22,086 bases of DNA from Octopus sinensis (taxonomy: Eukaryota), in NCBI RefSeq assembly GCF_006345805.1, contig NW_021823601.1:1-22086 (forward strand), read 5' to 3'. This document shows, in pieces, positions 1 to 9,295 of this stretch. The translations under genes and the position numbers were made by a program. How positions within the stretch are numbered: position 1 is the first letter of the stretch; every line of letters starts with the position of its first letter. A model generated the notes under the pieces. It was not told where the DNA came from. It did no database searches and was given only the letters and a program-made list of their open reading frames with translations.

Positions 1-236
1 TGTCTATACACATACACACCACACATACACAAAGCACACATACACATATATACATGTATTATAAGTGTACGTACATATGTATTTAATTGCGTGAAATATA
101 TGCATATATATATATAATATATATACTTATATATATAATATGACAAAACATATTGAGACACACATATACATATGCATATTACACACATAGAAACATACGC
201 ATGTATATATATATATATATATGTATATATATTAAT

Positions 237-289
<53 letters not shown>

Positions 290-480
290 ATATATATATA
301 TATATGTATGTATATATATATATATATAATAATATATATATATGTCGGTACATATCCAGAGTATATACTTGTATGTAGATTTGTATATATTTGATATGCA
401 CGTACGTACACATGCACACACATATACACACATACACACTCATACGCACACATACTCACACACAAATACACACACACATA
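1..480. repeat. compound (TA)n/(CA)n microsatellite
   Basis: Alternating TA and CA dinucleotide runs are directly visible; the ORFs here are repeat translations. Confidence 0.95.
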
Positions 481-752
481 CGATGGTTGGTTTATTCCCA
501 ACAGATGTTGCTACTTAAGACATTCAGATAAATTAGAGAAAACAGTTGTTACTAATGTTTCATAGTCGCCATTACGGGTTTTTTTATTCTGTCGCTGCTT
601 TTTTCCTTTCCTCCATCAAATACATAGCGTTACTCTTCCTTCATTTTCTCACTTCAGATTTCCACGATATATTTTTTTTCTATTCTTCTCAATGTCTACC
701 ATAATGTTGTATTCGTTTCTTGGTAGGTATCATTTATGTTTTTATCATGTAA

Positions 753-961
753 TTGTTTCAGTCGTTGGACGAGGGCCATGCTGGGGCACACCCTCTTCGA
801 AGCTTTATTTGTCCAACATATCGACTGTGTTACTTGATTTTTTTCAAGCCAGTTTTCCTATTCTATCGGTCTCTATGGCCGAACAGTTACGTTACGGAAA
901 CGTATACAAATCAACACGGTTGTCAGATGATGGTTGCGGTGGACAAAGACATACGCATAAA

Positions 962-962
<1 letters not shown>
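753..962 (-). mobile_element. SINE family A, 3' half (diverged)
   Basis: TGTTTCAGTC..GGCCATGCTGGGGCAC..TATTCTATCGGTCTCT..GCCGAAC..GTTACGG..GGTTGTCA..GGACAAA aligns by eye to the full-length copy at 18925-19341. It runs into (CA)n. Confidence 0.8.
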
Positions 963-1001
<39 letters not shown>

Positions 1002-1054
1002 ACACACACACACACATACACACACACACTATACATACATACATACACACATAC

Positions 1055-1085
<31 letters not shown>

Positions 1086-1110
1086 TATATTATAATATAT
1101 ATATATTAGA

Positions 1111-1400
1111 AGGTTAATCCAAACGAGAAAACAGAAAAGACAACAACACAAGGGGTGGAACAATTAAAGTATTATTATTAGGCGCTCAGGAAAAAGGGAA
1201 GAAGAGGGTATGACGTTTCGAGGGAGAGCTCTTCGTCGGAAACATAAGAGAAAGAAAGATCCCGAGGTAGGAGGACGGAGGGGAAAAAACGCGACTGGTT
1301 TTCACGAGGGTAAACTGCTGAAAGGCCGGAAGTCTTAGACGAGCGGGACAGGTTTTCAAAGACAAGGAGAGCGGAAAAAAGAAGGTAGGTAACAACTCGA
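1111..1400 (-). mobile_element. Penelope-like element terminal fragment ending in (TA)n
   Basis: Carries a minimal hammerhead motif at 1208-1243 (minus strand) and abuts a TA microsatellite. Minimal type-I hammerheads are an established hallmark of Penelope-like retroelements. The right boundary is approximate. Confidence 0.55.
1208..1243 (-). ncRNA. minimal type-I hammerhead ribozyme-like motif (variant core)
   Basis: Minus strand reads GTTT-CCGACGA-A-GAG(CTCTCC)CTC-GAA-ACGT-C-ATAC. Helix II has 3 bp, helix III is the palindrome ACGT, the cleavage triplet is GUC, and helix I pairs 3 of 4. Confidence 0.55.
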
Positions 1401-1419
1401 TGAATGGGAAGAAGAAGGT

Positions 1420-1800
1420 GTGTATGTGAGTATGTACGTGGGTGTGTGTGTGTGTATGTGTGGTAAGGCGACGGCTAGTAATATTAGTGCGTGGCGTCTG
1501 TGTGTAAGTGTGTGTACGTAGGGCGAAAGGTGGTGGACGTAGAGTCGCAGGTCAGTGGTAAAAGGAGGAAGGGAATGTGTGCGTGCATAGTACGTCCCGT
1601 GTGTGCGTTTAGTTGTAGTATGTGTGTGTCTGTGTGCGTTTGTTGTATGTATGGCAAGTAAATTTGAAGTGTGTGTAAGTGTATTGTAATATATATATGC
1701 AAATGTGTGTGTGTGAGTGCGTGTGGGAGTGAGTGTATGTATGTGTGGCGATGTGTACAAAAGGTTAGGGGTATTATAGTGTGTGTATATATATGCATGC
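1420..1800. repeat. degenerate (GT)n-rich microsatellite
   Basis: GT/GTAT runs are directly visible. Confidence 0.85.
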
Positions 1801-2076
1801 AAGGAAACAAACTGCAACTGACGGAAAGATGGAAAAATGCTCCCGCGGACAGGCGTAAGAGAAACCCAAGATATATATACATATAATAAAGGCGCTAGAA
1901 CTAATATAAAACCTCAAAAGAAGAATATAGAGCGGTTAACTCACCTGTCAGTATATAGACTTGTGCAATGGTTGTGGCTAAAAGGGTCTTTGACTCTTAT
2001 TTCTCGCAATGAAGATGCTACACTGCACCCTCAGTCACTATTAGTGCCAAATGTATATATATATATATATATATAT

Positions 2077-2249
2077 GAAATGGAACAACAACGCAATAGA
2101 GGACAATAAAACGTTCGGACAGATAGACGATACCAAGGAGGACTGGAAAAAGAGCAATTAAAAGGACAGGGAAAAACAGGACGTGTCATTCGTGGCCTTT
2201 TTTCTTCAGTCAAGTTAACAGATATCCTTGCAGTTTTGGGCAGTTACAC
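2077..2249 (-). mobile_element. short interspersed repeat (possibly a Penelope-like terminus), copy 1 of 2
   Basis: Minus strand GCCCAAAACTGCAAGGATATCTGTTAACTTGACTGAAGA..GGCCACGAATGACACGTCCTGT aligns with 20872-21016. It is flanked by microsatellites, and the minus-strand 3' end runs into (TA)n. Confidence 0.5.
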
Positions 2250-2262
2250 TTATATATATGTG

Positions 2263-2305
<43 letters not shown>

Positions 2306-2554
2306 ACATTTATGCATACGCATATACATATATAATTTATGTAGTAAAAGTGTGTAGTTATGACGTCATCACTATCGATCTTAGAGAAATCACTGATGTC
2401 ATCACAGGATATCAAGGTGGATATCATTGATGGTATCACTATGGATATCAGGGTGGAGATCAGTGACGATATTCCTATTTCTTATCGTTTTATTTTCCTT
2501 TCTGCTCCTGGATATAGTCATTCTTTATAAGGATCAGACGGCGGCTGCGCCTGG

Positions 2555-2748
2555 GGTGTGGTGGTGGTGGTGGTGGTGGACGGTGGTGGTGGTTGTCGTC
2601 GTGAACTTGGTGTTGACGGCGATGGTGAGAGTGGTAGAGATGGTAGATGCAGTGATAATGATGATAACAACGACGACGACAACGATGACGACGATGATGA
2701 TGATGATGATGATGGCGATGATGACGATGACGATGATGATGATGACGA

Positions 2749-2779
<31 letters not shown>

Positions 2780-2857
2780 GACGATGGTGAGTATGATGGC
2801 GATGATGACGATGATGACGATGATGATGATGACGATGATGATAATGATGATGATGGC

Positions 2858-2896
<39 letters not shown>

Positions 2897-4197
2897 GACG
2901 ATGGTGAGGATGATGGCGATGATGACGATGATGAGGATGATGATGATGACGATGATGATGATAATGATGATGATGATGATGACGACGACGATGATGATGG
3001 CTATACTGGTGATAATGGTGGTTGGAATAATGGTAGTGATGATGATGACGATGATGGTAAGCTTTTGTTGTTGTTGCTGTTGTTTTTGCTGTTGTTGCTG
3101 CTACCGCTGCTTATGGTGTTGATGACGATGACATTGATGAGGAGAGCGATAATAATGGCGATGAAGATGACGGCAAAGATTATAACGATGTCGACATCTA
3201 TGACGGTGGCGACGACAACGGCGCCGTTGATGACGACGACGACGATGGCAACAATGGAAAGGCATAACGATGCGAATGACGATACTTATATGCTTATGGC
3301 GTTGATGATGATGGTGGTGTGGTGGTGGCGGTGGTGGTAGTGGTGGTGATGATGATGATGATGATGATGATGACGACGACGGTGATGATGGGGATGATGA
3401 TGGTGATGATGATGATGATGGTGATGGTGCTGGGGATAACGGTGGTGGTGGTGGTGATGATGATGATGGTGGGGACGATGATGATGAAGATGATTATGGT
3501 GGTGATGGTGATGATGGTGACGATGATGGTGATGATGATGTTGATGATGATGGCGGTGGTGGTGGTGGTGATGGTGGTGGTGGCGGTGTTGGTGATGGTG
3601 AAGAAGAAGATGATGATGATGATGATGATGGTGGTGGTGACGACGATGATGGTGATGATGGTGGTGATGATGATGACGATGATAGTAAGCTTTTGTTGTT
3701 GCTGTTGTTTTTGCTGTTGTTGTTGCTACCGCTGCTTATGGTGTTGATGACGATGACATTGATGAGGAGAGCGATAATAATGGCGATGAAGATGACGGCA
3801 AAGATTATAACGATGTGCGACATCTATGACGGTGCGACGACAACGGCGCCGGTGATGACGACGACGACGATGGTCCACAATGGAAAGGCATAACGATGCG
3901 AATGACGATACTATATGCTATGGCGTGATGATGATGGTGGTGGTGGCGGTGGTGGTGGTGGCGGTGGTGGTAGTGGTGGTGGTGATGATGATGAGGGGGG
4001 GACGACGGGGGTGAGGATGGGGATGATGATTGGTGATGATGGGGATGATTATGGTGATGATGATGATATGGTGATGATGATGATGATGGTGATGGTGCGG
4101 GGGTAACGGGGTGGTGGTGGTGATGATGATGATGTGTGGACGATGATGATGAAGATGATTATGGTGGTGATGGTGATGATGGTGACGATGATTGTGA

Positions 4198-4228
<31 letters not shown>

Positions 4229-4385
4229 AGTGGTGGTGGTGGCGGTGGTGGTGATGGTGAAGAAGAAGATGATGATGATGATGAGGATGATGGTGGTGGT
4301 GACGACGATGATGGTGATGATGGTGTTGATGATAATGACAACGAGGATGTCGTTGATGATAATGATGATGATGAGGATGATGCAG
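2555..4385. repeat. degenerate GAT/GAC/GGT triplet array with higher-order duplications (117 bp and about 628 bp)
   Basis: The triplet pattern is visible throughout. The AAGCTT-anchored cassette occurs at 3059 and 3687, and the GGTGAG-anchored block at 2786 and 2903. Confidence 0.92.
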
Positions 4386-4404
4386 TTGTTTATCTTCTCT
4401 TTTA

Positions 4405-4638
4405 CTTGCTTCACTCATTAGACTGTGGCCATGCTGTAGCACCGCCTTCGAGGGCTTTAGCAGAATAAATCGACCTCGACACTCATTTTTTTTCTAAGGC
4501 TCGTACTTATTCTATCGGTCACTGTTGCCGAACCGCTGATTTACGGGGACGTAAGCGCACCAACACCGGTTAGCAAGAGGAGACGTGGGAACAAATACAG
4601 ACACAGAATTGTGTGTGTATATATATATATAATATACA

Positions 4639-4683
<45 letters not shown>

Positions 4684-5108
4684 CATGAATATACGCATGT
4701 ATGCATGTATATGTGTGTGTGTGTTTGTGTATGTATGTATTTGTGTGTGTGTTTTTGTCTGTCCACCATCGCTTGACAACCCAAGTTGGTTTGTTTACGC
4801 CCCCATAACTCAGCGGTTCGGCAAAAGATTAAGTACTAAGCTGAGAAAGAATAAGTCCTGGGGTCGATTTAATCGACTAAAGGCGATGTTCCAGCATAGT
4901 CGCAGTGAAATGACTGAAAGAAGTTAAAGAACATATATATATACATACGACGGGCTTCTTTCCGTTTCCGTCTACCAAATTTAGTAACAAGGCTTTGGTC
5001 GGCCCGGTGCTATAGAAGACTCTTGACCAAAGTTCCACGGTGTGGGAATGAACCCGGAACGATGTGGTTGGGAAGCAAACTTCTTGCCATAGAGCTACGC
5101 TTGCGCCT
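4405..5108 (-). mobile_element. SINE family A, near full length, interrupted in its central microsatellite
   Basis: The 3' half lies at 4405-4605 (GACTGTGGCCATGCTGTAGCACCGCC..GCCGAACCGCT). The 5' half lies at about 4945-5108 (ACGACGGGCTTCTTTC..GAACCCGGAAC..TGCGCCT). Both match 18925-19341. Confidence 0.8.
4735..4930 (+). mobile_element. SINE family A, 3' half, opposite orientation, inserted in the host SINE microsatellite
   Basis: CCATCGCTTGACAACC..AGCGGTTCGGCAAAAG..GGGGTCGATTT..CCAGCATAGTCGCAGTGAAATGACTGAAA is the reverse-complement counterpart of 4405-4605. Confidence 0.8.
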
Positions 5109-5389
5109 ATGCAATGCTTGCGACTTTGCTTAACAAGAATTCCTGTAGCGAGATGTTTGGAAGGAAAAAGTATGATGTGGACATTATGTGTGTGTGTATT
5201 TTATTCCGCGGGAGAGGTGTTTATGTTTGTTAGAGGGGTTTTTGTGGGCGAGGCCTTAAAAATATGACAGGAGAAGCAGAAATTGGAGTAATGAGTGAAT
5301 CGGGTGGGCCTAAGAATGCTGTGTGGTACACAGCTTGCTTATTCAAAAAGAATAAACAGCTGTTGTAGTAACATTCAAGAAAAGAGTGA

Positions 5390-5391
<2 letters not shown>

Positions 5392-5432
<41 letters not shown>
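5392..5432. repeat. (GA)n microsatellite
   Basis: Directly visible. Confidence 0.95.
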
Positions 5433-5434
<2 letters not shown>

Positions 5435-6314
5435 AGGGATGGCGAGGGTGGGGGAGAGATACATAGAAAAATTGAGGAGAAAATGGGAGAAAACTAACGT
5501 AAACAGACTAACGGTCAAAGAAAATGTGTCCGTGAAAATCCCATTTTATTTTTAGAATTTAAGTGTACGTTATCAAAGGGCAAAATATCTTTCCTATAAA
5601 AGATTGTTATGGTGAAGATTGAGGAGGATTTAGCTGCTATTTCTTGCAGTTTATGTAGGGATATAGAAGAACATACTTTGGTGTGCATCTGTTTACTATG
5701 AGAAGGCGTGTATTAGAGAGTAAAATTTTACTCATAAGATAAATGCGCTTTGAAGGAATGCGATTTAAAATGTTGGTGAGTGCAACATCTGTTACGGCCC
5801 ATGGAGCGCACTTGTGTTTTATACAAGATCAGCAACAACTGGAAATAGCTTTTTAAAGAAGTAACATGTTATTGGAATGTAGACGACAAAAATTAATAAT
5901 AAAAAAAAAAAGAAATTCTTCAGAACTGAAATATTTTCCTAACCTCCAACCAGCACCGGATTCAAATTTGGTGAGATCCGAAGCTATATAAGGCTTGAAA
6001 ACACTTTGATAAAACGACACCAAAGGGTCACGAAGAACCTGGAGCAATATAGTATGAGGTTTGCTAATTTCTCACAACAACTGAGCCGACCAAGTTATGT
6101 CCACAGATCGCAATATAGAGCCAGGCTTATGCATGAATTTGTCATCGCTTAGAGCCAACCCTGAAGAGTCTCTAAAACATTTTCCTGAAGGCGTCGACTT
6201 ACAGATTTCTTAAACTGAAGGTTAACCTTATAGGATCGTGGCATTGCTTTACACCTACTATATAAATTTATATATATTATATAACACGTTGATACTGTGT
6301 GAGCCGAGATCCCC

Positions 6315-6615
6315 GAAAGAATAGAACCCAGTAGTTATTTCTGTTTAAGCTTGATACTTATTCTGTCGGTCGCTTTTTGCCGAGTAGCTAAGTTACGGTG
6401 ACGTAAATACACCAATGCAAGTTGTCAAGCGGTGGTGAGGTACAGACATACACACACACACACACATGCACACATATATACAACGGGCTTCTTTTCAGTT
6501 TCCGTCTACCATAAGACTTTGGTAGACCCAAGACTATCGTAAAAGATACTTGCTCAAAGGAGATTGAACTTGGAACCACTTAGTTGCGTGTCACAACCAC
6601 ACAGCCACGCCTGCG
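6315..6615 (-). mobile_element. SINE family A (diverged, with internal deletions)
   Basis: TACTTATTCTGTCGGTC..GTTGTCAAGCG..(CA)n..CAACGGGCTTCTTTTCAGTTTCCGTCTACC..CCACACAGCCAC; both halves are present. Confidence 0.8.
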
Positions 6616-6934
6616 GCTAGAAGCATTTCCATTCGTCTTGCGTATTAACTCTATTGAATAGGAAGTTCGAGTCTGCCACCTCTCTATTGTGCTCCCTTGT
6701 TCAAGGATGTTTCTGTAAGGAATGAACTTAAAAAAAAGAGAAAAACCTACACATCTGGCTGTGTGGTGAGTAGCTTGCTTACCAACCAAATGGTTCCGGG
6801 TTTAATCCCACTACGTGGCATCTTGGACAAATTTCTTCTACTATAGCCTCGGGCCGACCAAAGTCTTCTGAATGGATTTGGTAGACGGAAACTGAAAGAA
6901 GCCTGTTATATATATATATTTATTTATTTATATA

Positions 6935-8104
6935 CAGGATGTGTAAGGTATTTGAGGATACACCATTTTAGGGTCATTGCTGCATTTGTTTCAGAAAATA
7001 ATAATGGCAGACCCTCAGCTTACCCAAGAAATGAAGAAGTATGCTGTTATTGTCGTTATAAAGGCTGAGCATAGGAATTTAAAAATATCTCAATTTTTAA
7101 AAGTTGCCAGATCTTTCGTCTACAAAGTTTGGAAGGAGTTAGAGACTGAAGATGAAAACGTATCACCAGTAGCAAAGCATAAAAAGCATTCTAAATGCTC
7201 TGAAATCATCAGAACACCTGAATTTATCCAGCAAGTTCAACAGACCATTGATTACAATCCCAGAAATTCTATGAAGTCAATTGCAAAAGATCTCCATGTG
7301 TCAGAAGGAAAAGTCAGAATGGTTGTCCACGAAGTCATCAGATATTAGTCTTATATGATGAGGAAATGTCAATTTGTCCGAAAAAGCAAAAGAAAATCAG
7401 TACATCAGATCTTAAAGGGTCTCAAACAAACTGAAAATTCCAGCAGAAGAAGATTTGATTTGGTTTTTCTCAAAGGAGAAAAACTCCGACTAAAATCACA
7501 AAAGTTAACAGAATTAATGACAGTTATGTGCAGAACCTTCTGAAGTTCCAAGTTTCATGCATGCAAAATTTCATGCAACTGTTATGGTTTTAGGAGCTGT
7601 TAGCAATGAAGGTCATGCGATGCCCCCTTAACTCTTTCCACTCTGTTAAGCCCTGTATAGACTGTATGCAATGGAAGGCCATATGTGTTTCAGTAAAACT
7701 CTGCACTATCACACATGGCTCCAGTGACACAGGAATGGATGGCTAAAAATGTTCATGATCACATAACCCCTAACAATTGGCCTCCAAATTCCCAAGATCT
7801 CTATCTCTTGGACAATTACATGTGGAGCGTTGTTGAGAGAGAGGTCAATGAACACGCCCATAGCACCAAAGATTCTTTGAAAGCTGCCTTAGTCAAAGTA
7901 ATGTCGAAAGTGAACAAGGACCAATTGATTCGAGCATGTAGATTATTTAGATCTCATGTAGAAGCAGTTGTTGAAGCTGAAGGTGGCTTTATTGAATAAC
8001 ATTATCGAAAATCAGTTTTTGATAAAGAAAGTTATTATCTGTTATTATATATCTGTTTTTCTTTTATAAACATAAATCTATCCTCAAATATCTTACGCAC
8101 TCTG
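6935..8104 (+). mobile_element. Tc1/mariner-superfamily DNA transposon, DD37D (maT) type, non-autonomous fossil, 1170 bp
   Basis: 26-bp TIRs, CAGGATGTGTAAGGTATTTGAGGATA (6935-6960) versus the reverse complement of 8079-8104, CAGAGTGCGTAAGATATTTGAGGATA, match 22/26. TA flanks both ends (6933-6934 and 8105-8106). An internal transposase remnant is present. Confidence 0.92.
7004..7999 (+). pseudogene. disrupted DD37D transposase
   Basis: HTH-like N-terminus MADPQLTQEMKKYAV..FLKVARSFVYKV. First catalytic block WFFSKEKN (D to K). Second block FQ*NSALSH (D to N, codon 7697). Third block WPPNSQDLYLLDNYMW (D codon 7811), with exactly 37 residues between the second and third sites. C-terminus EAVVEAEGGFIE*. 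Several stops and frameshifts. Confidence 0.88.
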
Positions 8105-8654
8105 TATGTGTGTGTATAAATGTATATATATATATATATATATATATGAATATATTTGTGTATTTGTGTCTGTATCTGTCTCCCCACCATCGCTTGACAA
8201 CCGATGGTGGTATGTTTACGTTCCCGTAACATAGCGGTTCGGCAAAAGATACCGATAGAATAAGTACCAGGTTTACAAAGAATAAGTCCAGGGATCGAAT
8301 TCTTCGGCTAAAAAAATAAAAACTCAATGCTCCAACATGGCCGCAGTCAAAATGACTGAAATAAGTAACAGAATGAAAAAACTATCTAAAGACAAAAATG
8401 TGATTGATGCCAGTCCCAGCTGAACTTCCTCCCCAATAAACGGCTCCAGAAACCCCTACAACTCTTGAATGGCCGAACCGCGAAGGCGATGTGGCCGATA
8501 CCGCAACGCGGTCCGTCCTGCAGTTTGCCAGCAGCGCCTGGCAAAACAGCCCCGCTCTAGGTGACCGTCGCACCCCAAGGAGGTCCAGACTACTGTGTAG
8601 GGTTGTTGCTGATCGGAAAAGGTAACCGTCTGGAAGGGATGTTCTCGTCGCTCC

Positions 8655-8892
8655 TTTCTTATTTCTTTATTGCCCACAAGGGGCTAAACATAGAGGGGAC
8701 AAACAAGGACAGACATAGGTATTAAGTCGATTACATCGACGCCAGTGCGTAACTGGTACTTAATTTATCGACTCCGAAAGGCTGAAAGTCAAAGTTGACC
8801 TCGGCTGAATTTGAACTCAGAACGTAACGGCAGACGATATACCGTTAAGCATTTCACCCGGCGTGCTAACGTTACTACCAGATCGCCGCCTT
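8655..8892 (-). mobile_element. SINE family B, tail type 1
   Basis: The tRNA-like head has a B-box GAGTTCAAATTC on the minus strand, followed by the central ..TTTCAGCCTTTCGGAGTCGATAAATTAAGTACCAG domain and the tail ..CCCCTTGTGGGCAATAAAGAAATAAG. Confidence 0.88.
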
Positions 8893-8899
8893 TGTTTAA

Positions 8900-9121
8900 G
8901 AATATATTGTTTTCTACTCTAAGCACAGGGCCCGAAATTCTGGGGGAGGGGGCCAGTTGATTACATCAACCCCAGTTCGCAGCTGGTACTTAATTCATCG
9001 ACCCCGAAACGTTGAAAGGCAAAGTCGACCTTAGCGGAATTTGAACTCAGAAAGTAAAGGCAGACGAACTACCGCTAAGCATTTCGCTCGGCGTGCTAAC
9101 GTAACTGCCAGTTCACTGCCT
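8900..9121 (-). mobile_element. SINE family B, tail type 2
   Basis: Same head and core as the neighbouring copies, with a different tail (GGCCCCCTCCCCCAGAATTTCGGGCCCTGTGCTTAGAGTAG on the minus strand). Confidence 0.88.
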
Positions 9122-9124
9122 CAA

Positions 9125-9295
9125 AATATACTTTTGTACTCTAGATACAAGATCCGAAATTGTTTGGGAGGGGGCCAGTCGATTACATCGACTCCAGTAC
9201 GCAACTGGTACTTAATTTATCGACCCCGAAACGATGAAAGGGCAAAGCCGGCCTCGGCGGAATTTGAACTCAGAACTTAAAGACAGACGAAATGC
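9125..9295 (-). mobile_element. SINE family B, tail type 2, headless (interrupted by the next copy)
   Basis: Core and type-2 tail are present. On the minus strand it begins at GCATTTCGTC, directly after the tail of 9296-9529. Confidence 0.85.

Larger units (their letters stand above)
6756..8380 (+). mobile_element. SINE family A, full length, split by the maT transposon
   Basis: Head with A-box TGGCTGTGTGG (6756) and B-box-like GGTTTAATCCC (6799) runs to GAAAGAAGCC-(TA)n at about 6905. The 3' half resumes after 8106: CCATCGCTTGACAACCG..CATGGCCGCAGTCAAAATGACTGAAATAAGTAA. Confidence 0.85.

Noticed and set aside
658-722. Acceptor-like TTCTCACTTCAG and donor-like TTG|GTAGGT around a 65-nt segment
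   Set aside because: The T-rich low-complexity sequence is open in several frames, gives no recognisable peptide, and such signals are common by chance.
2427-3122. 231-aa poly-Met/Val ORF and the other poly-M, poly-H, poly-S and poly-I ORFs in 2427-4468
   Set aside because: These are alternative-frame readings of GAT/GGT triplet repeats, which lack stops by construction.
3061-3268. Frame reading AFVVVAVVFAVVAATAAYGVDDDDIDEE.., which looks like a signal peptide plus an acidic domain
   Set aside because: It directly follows an in-frame TAA with no Met. GNT triplets (GTT, GCT, GAT, GGT) give V, A, D and G automatically.
5853-6250. Unique-looking segment with 65-75 codon open frames on both strands
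   Set aside because: No recognisable protein motif, start context or splice support. It cannot be called without a homology search.
8401-8640. HDV-like ribozyme candidate (GTCCCAGC..TTCCTCC on plus; ACC-TCCTTGG-GGT on minus)
   Set aside because: No P1 partner strand, and only 5 nt lie between the putative P2 and P1 strands, so the double pseudoknot cannot be built.
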